A stretch of DNA of 64,000 nucleotides from positions 77,128,001 to 77,192,000 of the forward strand of contig NC_043003.1 in assembly GCF_006345805.1 (NCBI RefSeq), in the 5' to 3' direction. Each line of letters starts with the position of its first letter. The stretch's first letter is position 1. Positions 51,691 through 64,000 of this stretch are shown here, piece by piece. This stretch comes from Octopus sinensis. Its lineage: Eukaryota. The translations under genes were made by a program, and so were the position numbers. The notes below the pieces were generated by a model. It made no database searches, was not told the origin of the DNA, and was given only the letters and a program-made list of their open reading frames with translations.

Positions 51691-51758
51691 GTTTATGGAG
51701 GAACCGGTATTTTTAGTTTGGATCACATGATGCTGTTGCTGCAAATTTTCTGCCATGT
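51691..51758 (-). other. candidate 68-nt exon
   Basis: Polypyrimidine acceptor TTCCTTTTTTTTCTTTATCTGTTAACAG and donor AAC|GTAAGC; encodes MAENLQQQHHVIQTKNTGSSIN if read from ATG 51756; no homology recognised. Confidence 0.25.
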
Positions 51759-52084
51759 CTGTTAACAGATAAAGAAAAAAAAGGAATCGAGTCGTAGTAA
51801 AATCAGAAGCTCCTTCATCTCTCCAGTGCTGATGATATCTTTTTGAAATGTCGAAGCAAGTGATGAATCCTAGGAGTATAGCTACGAGGGTGAAATAAAA
51901 AGTCAGTCACTGCAGTGGGTTGGATCATTGTCTTTTCGACTAAAATAGAGATGGCTATAGTTAATCAAATGTGAAGGTGTTGGTCATTCTTTTATTAGGA
52001 CGATAAACTTCACGATCAGTTTAATCCACGGGGTGAGACAATCACTTGGATGTCAAGAGAAATATGAGAAAGGTAGCGGGGAAG

Positions 52085-52172
52085 ATGGCTGTAGTATCAA
52101 CAAATAGAACTGGATGTTGCACTGCGACAACGAATCCGTTCGTGTCTTACTCATCCGCAATTAGCATACAAG
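52085..52172 (+). other. candidate first coding exon
   Basis: AAGATGG start context; open frame MAVVSTNRTGCCTATTNPFVSYSSAISIQ; donor CAAG|GTAAGA; no homology recognised. Confidence 0.27.
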
Positions 52173-52601
52173 GTAAGACACGGCGCTCTGAGGAATTAGC
52201 CCTTGCAGAAATTTTTTTTACTTCTATCTATTTATTCATTTGTAGATCAAGTATTTCATATCTTCAGAGAAATGTCACTGATTTCTGGTGATAGAAAATA
52301 GCGGGGAAATGACAATGTTAAATGCGCACAGCCTGTTCCAGGAAACCTAAAACAGAAAACAGAGGAATTAAGTGTGGTTAATTGAAAGCGTGGGGAAACA
52401 TTTTGAAGGAGAGAATCTAAACAAAATTAAATTCGATATACATATATAACGTGTTTGTGTATGTGTGTATGAGTGTGTGTATGCGCGCGCGTGTATGTAT
52501 GTAACCTTTGTGCATGTGTATATATCTACCATTCTGTCCCTTTTCTCCCCCTATCTCCGTCTCTCCCACTCTCTCTCCCCCGCTCTCTCTCTCTCTCTCA
52601 C

Positions 52602-52662
<61 letters not shown>

Positions 52663-53110
52663 ATAGATAGAGAGACAGAAGTAGATTGATGGCTAGATAA
52701 TATATAGAAAGATAGATTTTGTGATTCCTCCACGGCTTAGAAGTATTTTGACTTCTATTTTTAGCGATGCAGGTGATCATTTTGTACCCTTATATGTATA
52801 TATATATCTTATATATATTTTATTAATTTGCCTGTACGGCTTATGTTCGCAGCCACCAACGATAGCATTTTTAAAAGTATTATCGTTCTCATATTTATCT
52901 ATGAATAATCTCACGTATTTCGCTTGTTTAAATGGTTGTTTGACTACTTCAAAGGAATTTATAAGCATGATAGGGGCAAATTCTAGTAACTGTCCCTGGC
53001 AGATTTGGCTGAGGAGATTCAGATATTGTTTGGCGCTAAATTCGAAATTATTATATCAAACTAACCAGAATTCCTCTTGCAGACTTTGCGATATATGTAT
53101 ATATATATAT

Positions 53111-53529
53111 CTTTTACTCTTTTTCTCTTTTACTTGTTTCAGTCATTTGACTGCGGCCATGCTGGTGCACCGCCTTTAGTCGACCAAATCGACCCCCGGG
53201 ACTTATTCTTTGTAAACCCAGTACTTATTCTATCGGTCTCTTTTGCCGAACCGCTAAGTAACGGGGACGTAAACACACCAGCATCGGTTGTCAAGCAATG
53301 CTAGAGGGAGAAACACAGACACACAAACATATACACACATACATATATATATATATACATATATACGACAGGCTTCTTTCAGTTTCCGCCTACCAAATCC
53401 ACTCACAAGGCTTTGGTCGGCCCGAGGCTATAGCAGAAGACACTTGCCCAAGATGCCACGCAGTGGGACTGAACTCGGAACCATGTGGTTGGTTAGCAAG
53501 CTACTTACCACACAGCCACTCCTGCGCCT
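53111..53529 (-). mobile_element. SINE family B, full length
   Basis: Reverse complement head AGGCGCAGGAGTGGCTGTGTGGTAAG, B-box-like GAGTTCAGTCCC. Confidence 0.93.
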
Positions 53530-53588
53530 ATATGTATATATATATTATATATATATATATATATATAATATATATTACGCACACACGC

Positions 53589-53672
<84 letters not shown>

Positions 53673-53674
53673 CA

Positions 53675-53711
<37 letters not shown>

Positions 53712-54094
53712 TATTTTTTACTGGACGGCTTATGCTCGTAGCCACCAACGACGGTATTTTTTAAAGTATCATCGTTCCCATTTTTATTTCTATATATTCG
53801 AGTATGTATACATCTACTTATTATAAGTATACATATATATGTATGTGTCTGGGCGTATGTTTGTGTGTATATTTGTATATTTCTCTTTATATGTCGATGT
53901 ATATATCTTAAACGTATACAAGGACTGTTTATAGCTTAGGGTTCAGCAGCTTTAGAGAGGTTACAACAGCCAAGCTATTTTCACTCTACGCTCCCTATGA
54001 TCCATAACGTAATAAAATGGATATACGTAGGTATATATATATAATAATATATATATATAATATATTATAGAGAGAGAGAGAGAGAGAGAAGGAG

Positions 54095-54101
54095 AGATAG
54101 G

Positions 54102-54173
<72 letters not shown>

Positions 54174-54391
54174 TATGTGTGTGTGTGTGTATGTATGTGC
54201 ATATATATGTATGTTTGTATATTACTTATATACATATATATATGTGTATCTATATATGCTCATATGTGTATATGGTGTGTGTGAGTGATGTCTATATATG
54301 TATGCGTATATGTATATATATACTCAGACAGGGGGAGTGAGAGAGTGACATACAGACAGACAGACAGACAGACATACTGACAGCCAGACAA

Positions 54392-54448
<57 letters not shown>

Positions 54449-54449
54449 C

Positions 54450-54517
<68 letters not shown>

Positions 54518-54525
54518 GATAGATA
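54095..54525 (+). repeat. two (GATA)n arrays with TA/TG/GACA spacers
   Basis: Visible tandem units. Confidence 0.95.
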
Positions 54526-54882
54526 AAAGATGAAGGGGGATATAAACGAATTTAGATCATCTTGTTGGTGTAATATTATTACAATTTCACTATAAAAATC
54601 CTCTTATAACTAGAAATCCGAAACATGGCAGATTGTTCAGGGTGAAGGTGAAGGTCAAAGTCAAGATGAAGGTCATAGAATATCAACCGAAAATAGAAAA
54701 TGGATAATAGAATCGTTGAGAGAAAAAGAAGCTTAGAGTGGGCAATTTGATTCATATATTCCTCCAGCAGATACACTCACACGTATATACCAGTCCACGT
54801 GAAAGCGTGCGCGTGACGTGTGCGTGTCAGTGTGTTTGTGTGCGCGCGCACACCCATATATACATACACATATATTTATACG

Positions 54883-54927
<45 letters not shown>

Positions 54928-55854
54928 ATATGCGTGTATACATATGTACATATATGTACACACCTAAATATATATACATATATACGTCCATATATGTACA
55001 CGCGCACACACACACACTAACATATATATATATATATACACACACTCACATGCATATACATATAAAGGGTGAGAAAGGGAAGGACAAGGACAGGGAGACA
55101 AATATATATATTTATATATACATATATATATTTACGCATGCTTGTATATATGTGTATATATATGGGTGTGTGCGTGTAAGAACGCATACACACACACATA
55201 TATACACACTCACATATATATATATACATATGTGTGCGTATGTCTGTGCGTGTGTGTTGTGTGTGTGTGTCTATGTATGTATATATGTGTGTGTATGTCT
55301 ATGTATTTATATATGTATGTCTGTGTGTGTGTGTGTGTATGTTTGTATCTATGTGCGAGCATGTGTCTATATATGTACATATATGAATGCATATATGTAT
55401 GGCTTAATAACAAATGATTAATTGATACTTCTAATTAATTCTTATGCCTGACTCAGCTAATTAGTGTGAAATACCTACTTAATATTGTTGGCAAACTGGC
55501 AAGCGAATGCACAGCCTGTTTGGCATTGTATTTGTGTGAGTGTACGTTACTTGAATAAAACGGATTGACAAATATTTGATATTTGATGAAATCGATTTTT
55601 GGACCAAGTGAGATTAATTATGCCGTACACTATAGAGCATAGGAATTTATTAATTGCAGATTACGGAAATATGTCTAGTCATCCTTTAGAGTCAGAATAA
55701 AAGTGCGATGCTAGAAATGATTGTGTATTTAAGAAGTTCGCTTCGCTATCACTTAGCTTCAGGTTCATTCCCCCGTGGCAGCTTTACCAAGTAATTTCTG
55801 CAGTAGATTCGTGGAATTTAGTTGACGGAAATTCTGAAGAAACATGCAAACGTG

Positions 55855-55917
<63 letters not shown>

Positions 55918-55920
<3 letters not shown>

Positions 55921-56231
55921 CTACCGTTGTTTGTCAACAACTATCGGCGGTGTATATTTCGTTTGTCACTGTTATTTATGACATCGTTCGTGCGTTTGTA
56001 CTGGTTTTAGCTTTAAGGTTTTAGGGTTAGGGTTGGGGTTTTAAGGTTAGAGTTACGGAAAAAAAAATTAGAAATGAAGCACGAACGATTATGGTGGAGC
56101 CATGAAGTAAATATTTTTCAGATACACTCGTTTATTAATACAAACGTAACAGAGATGAAATATGTCATAAATAACAGTGACAAACGAAATATACACCGCC
56201 GGAAGTTGTTGTTGACAAACAACGACAGTAA
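55918..56231. mobile_element. MITE with ~67-bp TIRs and internal TTAGGG-like run
   Basis: 55918-55984 matches the reverse complement of 56162-56231 with one small indel; TTAGGGTTAGGG at 56021-56032. Confidence 0.8.
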
Positions 56232-56436
56232 TTTTATTCAGCATAATACACGTCATTCATTGGTTGAAATTACTGAAATACGACAATTTCAACAAAAAAT
56301 AACTTCCAAAATATAGAATTTTCTCAACAACGTTAAGAGTAAAAGATGTTCTATGTGACACATCGTACCAGTATACGAAGTTTGAAAGTGTTTAGATACA
56401 AAAAATTATTTTTTAAATCTGTCGGTCAAAAGATTT

Positions 56437-56725
56437 TGTCGGTCTCTTTTGCTGAAGCGCTAAGTTTTATTTCTATATAACACACCAACACCGGTTGTCA
56501 AGTGGTGATGAGAGAAAAACACAGACACAACGACACGCACATATAGGCATATGTACATATATAAACGTCGAGCTTCTTTCAGTTTCCGTCTACCAAATCT
56601 ACTCGCAAGGACTTAGTCGGCCTGAGGCTATATTAGAAGACACATTCCGAAGGTGTCACGCAACGGGACGGAAGCTTGAACCATGCGATTGGGAAATAAA
56701 CTTCTTAGCACACGGCCACTCCTTT
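56437..56725 (-). mobile_element. SINE family B, degenerate
   Basis: CAGTTTCCGTCTACCAAATC...GGCCTGAGGCTATA. Confidence 0.82.
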
Positions 56726-57133
56726 GCCGATATGTGTGTGTGCGTGCGTGTGTATGTATGTGTGTGTGTATGTATGTACGTATATACAGTATATACAGTG
56801 TATATGTGTATGTATGTGTATATATATATATATATAAATTATATATATAAACCACCCTTTATCAATTCACTAATGAAAAAATTATATCTTATAGAAAGAT
56901 TAAATATAAGATAAAACATATCACAATGATTAAGTATTGTGCAAAATAATAAATAAATGTATATATTTGGTATATATTTTATTTATTATTTTTCACATTA
57001 CTTAATCATTGGTATATGTTTTATATTTTCTCCATCAGCATGGGACTTCAAATATATTTGATATTTAGAATATTAACAGTATCAGACTGATCATATTCAA
57101 CGTCAGTACCGGCAGTACTGACGTTGAATATGA

Positions 57134-57251
<118 letters not shown>

Positions 57252-57467
57252 TACAAAGAGAGAGTCTAATAAGAAATTGAAAGTCCTTGGTACAGAATTA
57301 TATATTGAAAAAATGAATTGAAATGACGTTTGCTGATAATTTTTCCCACTTTAATAATTAGATGTTTATACGTTTACAAAAAGGTTATAAACCTAAGGAT
57401 TTTTGGCTGCTATTTCTAAACTTCGGTATGTGGTAAAGCAAATATTTGCTGAACCTTAATTATAAAG

Positions 57468-57501
<34 letters not shown>

Positions 57502-57535
57502 ATATATATATAATATATTATATATATATACATAT

Positions 57536-57576
<41 letters not shown>

Positions 57577-57592
57577 GATATATATATTATAT

Positions 57593-58617
57593 ACTAGCAT
57601 TAAAGACACATCGTTGCCGGGTCATAATGCTAGTGCATGTATATATGTGTATATATATGTGTACATATTACATGTACACCAATATATATATACATCTACA
57701 CATAAAATACAAAATACAAAGTTATATCTTGATATCGCTAGTGATAACAATACTCAAAATATATAACAGACTAGAATTGTTAGCCCGTCTTTTGTAATTA
57801 CGATCAATTGTATCTTGTCCTCCCTCTTGTATAGAAGTGCGGCTACAATCCAGCCTACCTCTACTTCGGGGGGGAGCGGGCATTTAAAAATGTTTTCCGG
57901 GCCGTCCTACTCCCCAGATATAAAGGTAAAAATAAAATATTTCCACTTTGCAAGTTCGAGTCGAGTACTCCCTTGCACGCTTCGTTGACTCGAACCTTGC
58001 TTCTTTTGTGGCGAATTTACCGCCTCTGATTAGATACCTTTCATAGTCGCACCAAGACACTTTTCGAAGGTGCTTTCCTCCATGTGTTCAAATCTTTTTT
58101 CTCTACATTGTATACTTTATAGACAATAGTCTTTTCTTTAATTTAATTTTTTATTATCCATCTGGACTATTCCATTTCTGCACGCTAATTTTATTTTTAA
58201 TTTATTCCCATTCATGTGAAACCACTTATTCAAGTTCAAATCATTGATGCAATTTTATACCAATTACTATTTTTACTTTTCTCATGTTACTTTAGTTTGA
58301 TTTTAATTATTACTTACTACATATAATTCAATTGTTATTATTATTTTTATTGTTAAAGTAAAAGTATCTGACATAAAATAGAGAAACGCTTTTGTTTCAC
58401 ACGTAATACTGAAATAGTGGAGAAGATATGATATTGCTATGGGCTCGCTCTAGGCAAGAAGTTGAACATTTCTTTTGCCCATGAAACTACATGGGCCCTA
58501 AGTAAGGCATGTGTAAAATTTAAATGGAATTGGTTGTGTAGTTCTCAAGTTTTAGGGAAACACACAGACAGACACACAGACACACACACACATTCTCAGT
58601 TTTATATATATAAAGAT
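57593..58617 (+). mobile_element. non-autonomous Helitron/Helentron-like (Lep1-type architecture) element in (TA)n
   Basis: Starts ACTAGC...CATCGTTGCCGGG; ends with a (GACA)/(CA) microsatellite and TTCTCAGTTTTATATATATAAAGAT; no TIR or TSD. Confidence 0.55.
57870..58140 (-). pseudogene. frameshifted fragment homologous to the ORF1 at 1-1209
   Basis: KTIVYKVYN...EKCLG...GKFAT.E..F...AREYSTRT...LFLPLYLGSRT aligns by eye with KTIVYK...EKCLQ...NKFAH...F...AKKFSTIT...LTPSCLGKKV; three frameshifts. Confidence 0.6.
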
Positions 58618-58848
58618 ATATATATATATATACAAGAATAATTAGAAATGGCTTTTCTGATCATTTTGCGACTTTAATAGTTAGATGTTTATAACTTTTT
58701 TGTAAACGTATAAACATCTAATTATTAAAGTGGGAAAAATTATCAGCAAAAGTCATTTCAATTCATTTTTTTCAATATATAATTTTGTACCAAGGACTTT
58801 CAATGTCTTATTTGACTCTCTTTTTGTACAAACACACGCGCGCGCGCG

Positions 58849-58889
<41 letters not shown>

Positions 58890-59894
58890 ACACACACACA
58901 CACACACATGTACATACATAACGGAAGAAAATAGCATTCAAATACTAAACTGTGAGTGCATAAAATATTTTGTAAATACTTGTTCAGCGAATAAGCATTT
59001 AAATTTGCTTGAGCATAAGTACTGCTTATTTGATGGAACCGAGGTATTTTTCATTGAAAAATTCAGCGAGTATACTTGTATTTTTCGACTATTTGTTTTC
59101 CCCGGAAGCGGAGGTGTTCGAGTGCTATTTTTCCAAACTTGTTTTGCACCTGTATGCTTAGATGTTTGTATAGCGCTCCTTTTGTAAGTTCGAGCGTCTT
59201 AAATAATAATAATAATAATAATAAAGATAATGATAATAATAATCTATATATAAATTTGTTCCCACACTGGAATATCGGCTTCATCTTCGCCTCCCCTCTC
59301 CCTCCCTCTCCCTCCTCTGACACTCTGTCTTCAGTGCTGCTGTATACATTCACGACGATAAGGTGGCTATTTAACGGCTCCCCAAAAATGTGTAAGCCTT
59401 TTCTACTACTTCAAACCATGAAATATCAGTGATTCAAAGACTTGAGATGTTTTTAGAGAACTGTCTATATTTTTGCAAAAACTTTGAGATGTTTATAGAT
59501 TTTTATATCTCAACTACGATGTGATGTTCCATAGACAGATTCCTTTATCGCAAATATGATGTCATATTTTATAGATAGGTTACTATAGTTTTGCTAAAAC
59601 TTTGAGATGTTATTCATAGATTCCTATATCTTAGCTATGCTATGCTCCTCTCAAAAATCTCCTCCCGCCCGCCCCCGATTCACCACCAGGCCTATCAACT
59701 ACCAGTCCAATCAAACAGCCTGTATTAGTAGACACAACTCCGCTCTCCTATCTAGCGCTGCAGCCTCATCAATAGCTAAACCACAGTACGGCCAGAATAA
59801 TCAGGAAAGTATTAGATAGCTGAAAATAATGGATAGCATGGTACCGTGGGCTGCAGGTAGTAAGCCCGCTATGCATGCAAGACTTCGGGAGTTC

Positions 59895-61484
59895 CAACAA
59901 AGCCATCTCCATTAGTAGATGAATATTCCAAGGTAACTCGCTCTCTCTACTTTTATGTATGGCATTCTCACCTAAACGTAACTGAATATGGATACAACTG
60001 CTAAAACAATTGTAAAACAATCAACCACTTCTTCTGCATTAATGATCTCAAGCTGTATGCAGCAAGTAATAAACAACTGGAAGCTTTATTACTAGCAGTA
60101 CAAAGATTTACCGAATAAATAAACATGAAATTCGGCTTAGAAAAATGTGCTAAAGTAACCTTGAAAGGAAGAAAACTAGTTAAAAATAATAATATCACAC
60201 TACGTAAAGAAAATGAAATAGGAAAACTAGACCAAACGCAGACATATAAATACTGGGGAATCAATGAACTAGATACGATACAATATACACAAATAAAAGA
60301 GAAAATAAAGAAGGAATATTATGGACCAGTTAGAAAGTAGGTATCAATTATCTAGCTGTCTTAGTTATAAGTTGCAGTTGCAATGTTCTTAATTGAACAC
60401 TTAATGAACTAGCCAATCTGGACAGAAAAACAAGAAAAATAATGACGGAATTTAGAAATTACCACCCAAAACCTGACGATGTATATACAACAAATTAAGG
60501 TGACAGAAGCCTTATACACCTGGAAAACTACTATAAAATATCAACTGTATGACTAAAAAAGTAACTAACTCAGAACCAAGGGAAAGTAGTACAAATAGCC
60601 ACAAAACATGAGCAAAAAAAACTATATTCAGTCTTCAAAGAAGCCGAAAAATAAAAGAAAGAGGTCTTAATAAGCGACAACTATGAAGAGAAAGAATAAA
60701 CAGCAAAAGCTATAATGATACTAAAATCTGAGCTAAAAGTGGGACTACAAAAATCCATTATAAAACGCTAGCAAGAAAAGTCCTTACATGGCAGATATTG
60801 GGATAAGTTAAACCAGAAAAGAAATAGAAAATAGACAAAAATCCCAAAAGTGATTGAGAAGCTCAGAACTCAAAGCAGAGACTGAAGTATTTTTAAATGC
60901 AGCCCAAGATCAAAGCCTTACCACCAAAAAACACATCAAAAGCACATAATGAAGAAAATACAATAACTGAAAGACTTATTACAGGTATTACAAGAAATAT
61001 ACAAATGCAGAATATGGTAACATGGCAGAAACAATAAATCATATCGTCTCTGGCTGCCCAGTCCTAGCTAAAAAAGAACATATCCACAGAGATGACAGAG
61101 TTGGGACACTAGAAACTGGGCCACCACTATAGAATGACAGACAACTGAAAAATAGTATAATCATATCCCAGAAAAGGTCTCAGAGTATGACAAAGCGATT
61201 ATACTCTGGGATAAGTCGATACACACTAATAGATAGATCAGGGCTAATATGTCCGATAATGTCATGAGGGACTAGCAAGAGAAACAAATGCCTTATATTC
61301 GACATATCAATCCCAACAGATGATAATGTATCTCCTAAAGATTCTGAAAAAATCCCGAAATACAAACTGAGACAACCCTAATGTGGAGCCTGAAAGCAGA
61401 AGTAATCCATATAATATGAGATGCGTTAGGTATGGTTAAAACATACAGACAAACACACAAACAAAATACCAGGACTTACAAATA
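59895..61484 (+). mobile_element. R4/Dong retrotransposon RT-knuckle-RLE region, decayed
   Basis: IFQGNSLS (QGD motif), INHFFCINDLKLYA (YMDD-like), MKFGLEKCAKV, YKYWGI, LHGRYW, ETINHIVSGCPVLAKKEHIHRDDRVG, LWDKSIHTNR; many stops. Confidence 0.88.
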
Positions 61485-61486
61485 TA

Positions 61487-61870
61487 TTGGGTTGTCCGGA
61501 AAGTACGTGCCGATTTATAGTAGCTTACCTTTCGACCCATTTTAGAACATCGTTGAGTCCATAAAATAGAATTTGACTACACCTTCATTTAGAGTACAGT
61601 TTAAGCTATCTTTTCGTGGAAGAAGGTTTATGTTCCTATAACCTGTGTTAATTCTGTAACCCTTTAAAATGGAAGATAAGAAAGTTCATTTTCGGCACTT
61701 GATGCTTTGGGAACCAGACAAAAATTGCTGCAGCTTGGCTGGGATGTGTTACCCCACCTTCCATTTTCACCAGATATTGCTCCTTCGGATTTCCACTTAT
61801 TCAGGTCTCTGCAGAATAGTCTTAATGGTAAAAATTTCAGTTCTTTGGATGACGTAAAAAGATACCTTGA
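61487..61870 (+). mobile_element. internally deleted mariner
   Basis: TA then TIR TTGGGTTGTCCGGAAAGT; MEDKKVHFRHLMLWE fused to TRQKLLQLGWDVLPHLPFSPDIAPSDFHLFRSLQN. Confidence 0.88.
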
Positions 61871-63462
61871 ACACAGGTACGACGTTTTCATTTATTTGGA
61901 AACACGCTTCAGTTTTCGTACACAGACCTAATTTATCCAACAGCGCTTCAAGGAACAAGTTTTTGAATTTTTTCTTCAATTCAGCTGATGAGTTATATTT
62001 GCTGATGAGACAGCCAATTATTTTTCATAGTACAATTCGCCTCCGAAGTGTAGTTTTTCACTTGTCACGCATCGTGCAATTTTCTATGCTTTTCTTAACG
62101 TAGGTTTCCCAATTATTTTCCACGTGTCGGTATCAATAATCGAAATGTTGCTACCACTAACTAGTTGTAATTTAATATTCACTCGGTTTACTTTTACATA
62201 TATAAATTTCCTTTTTTTTATTTTGTGTCGTTTCTGCCTTCCGTTGAGAAAACTTTAGAATTTTTTATGCCCGACCTTCCTAAAGTTGCTCTGCAATGTG
62301 AGCTCTTGTGCCCTATTTTTTTTTTTTTTAGCAACTGTAACTTTTTCGGGTTTTAAAAGGACACCCCTTCTTGAAATATAGACCACCACATCCGTAGCAT
62401 GGGTTGGTCCTAACATTTTTTCTACTCCTTCCCGGTCGACATGCCTGTATTTGTGAGAAATCCTTCTCTTCAATCTTTTTTAACGTCCTGTCGCAAGTAT
62501 GTATACCATTAATTGAAACTCATCTGCAACTCTCTGCAGAGTTAAATTCTGGTCCGCTTGCTCAAGTTTTGTAAGAATTCTTGTACGTCTCTCAACATAT
62601 TTGTTTGCCGTCAGCCTGTGTACAAAAATGAGGCACTTAAACATATCAGGAGTTAGTTTCTTCAGTTTAAGCCTTTCGCAAATTCTGTTTACGGTCCCGG
62701 TATACGTAAAAAAGTCTTCATCTTCTTTTTTAACTAGATTCCAACACTCCCATCGAGTGTTAAATTAGGAACTATTATCACTGAACATTTTTGTTAGTAA
62801 TTCGGTTGTTTTGGGGGTAGTATAAAATTACAATATTTTTCCTGTTCTTACGGAGCTAATTTACATAATAATAGTCTTACTTTTTCCTCGTCCGTTCACA
62901 ACTTGCAGTCTTCCTTAAAGATTTCTTTGTACCTTCTGAAGTACGCCGCAAACGTTATAACTTCCTTTGAGTTATAATTGAATTCTATTTCACCGTCTGG
63001 TGAAAACGAACTTACATTGTTTTCGGCCTTTTAAAAACATAGCTCCATTAACTGTTGTTGTTTTTCTTGTTGCTCTAGTAGTTGTCTCTGAAACTCTTTT
63101 TGCTGTTTTTGCAACTGAATTATAGAAGCTAATAGGTCTTCCATAATTAACAACTTTCTATCAGAAAAATTTGTTAACTGACCTGCATGGGCTTCGAATC
63201 CTCGTAGCTAATATTGTTGCATCGCCAATTGTTATGGCGATATACTTTTACACTATAAAATATATAACGACGTAACAATCCAACAAACTCTCCACGAACT
63301 ATACACGAACCAACTAACGATATTCCGACAAATAACAAAACGACACCTTACGACTTCCTGTGCTTAACGGCTGCTCTTTCTCTATCTCACTCGGTCCGCT
63401 ATTGTTTATAGTTGATCGGTCAGTTTATTCTCGCAGGTGGTGTCGTGACTCTCCCCACAACA
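61870..63462 (-). mobile_element. Ty3/Gypsy LTR retrotransposon 5' half: LTR, PBS, gag, protease, start of pol (decayed)
   Basis: LTR 63462-63230 (TGTTGTG...CATAACA); PBS-like TGGCGA and TAGCTACGAGGAT (tRNA-Ser(GCT) type); gag TFAAYFRRYKEIF...EKVRLLL...KYCNFILP...FNTRWEC...FKCLIFV; protease KLQLVSGSNISII.TDTWKIIGKP (catalytic D to V); LGLCTKTEA. Confidence 0.85.
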
Positions 63463-64000
63463 ATGATAATAATCTTTTCATTATTGGCCACAAGGGTCGA
63501 ACACAAAATGGTGGGGAGTTCCACTCAGGGCAACTCAAGAACTCCACACATTCTGGTCACCCCGACCGCTAACAGTGCCCCAGGCACACACCTCTCTCCT
63601 CCTCATCCTATCCGGTGTATGTTCAGAGTAGGCCCATTCACACGGCTCATCTGCATCACATTCACCCACCTTTCAACGAAAATACTGAGGGGAAGCACTC
63701 CTCTCTCTACACTCACTTTCCTTTTCAAATGGACTTTGAAAAAGTCGATGAGATTCATGGCCGAAGAGTTGAATATCTGTCATCAGTCCTTTCAACCTCA
63801 TCCACCACACCACTTCTCTCGCCGTAACCACCAGACAAAGAAAAACTACCTTTCCTTCTCGGCCAAAAGAAAGCTCCAGTGCGATCCTCACTATGGACTT
63901 GGCTGATAACCGGATCCGTCCTGCACGCTTCAACAGCTGTTCGACAAAGCTCCACAATGCCTGGACACTGGACGGGTGCTTACAGAACAGCTTCATCACC
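63463..64000 (+). mobile_element. second Ty3/Gypsy lineage 5' end: PBS and decayed gag, continuing off the window
   Basis: ...CCACACA-TTC-TGGTCACCCCGAC (63554-63566; 12/13 complementary to the tRNA-Trp(CCA) 3' end); frames give HPPFNEN...RVEYLSSVL...KRKLQ/AILTMDLADNR/LQQLFDK, resembling the PPFW...F.YVV..L...RLQQLL.EELGD.KPS gag type. Confidence 0.55.

Noticed and set aside
56021-56050. Interstitial telomere
   Set aside because: Only two exact TTAGGG units, located inside a TIR element.
63412-63999. 164-aa and 108-aa ORFs as host genes
   Set aside because: Better explained as alternative frames over a decayed Gypsy leader and gag.

Overview
AT-rich, repeat-saturated eukaryotic (metazoan) DNA. 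The SINE families and microsatellite spectrum point to an octopus genome; this is inferred from recall, not a database search. No host protein-coding gene can be named with confidence, and most ORFs in the supplied track are translations of (TACA)n, (GATA)n, (TA)n and (CA)n microsatellites. What the sequence supports: (i) an uninterrupted 403-codon minus-strand ORF at 1-1209, running off the left edge and missing from the track, that resembles LINE (L1/Tx1-type) ORF1p; (ii) many R4/Dong-clade non-LTR retrotransposon fragments, seven of which are associated with (CATA)n arrays in one fixed orientation; (iii) three tRNA-derived SINE families, Penelope-type terminal repeats with a variant minimal hammerhead motif, and Tc1/mariner, hAT, MITE, Helitron-like, RTE and Ty3/Gypsy relics, including two Gypsy 5' ends back to back at the right edge; (iv) a recent ~1.3 kb tandem duplication carrying a 128-nt near-perfect hairpin, plus a ~1.8 kb fold-back structure. 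The strongest candidate for an undescribed system is a (CATA)n-microsatellite-targeted R4/Dong retrotransposon family.
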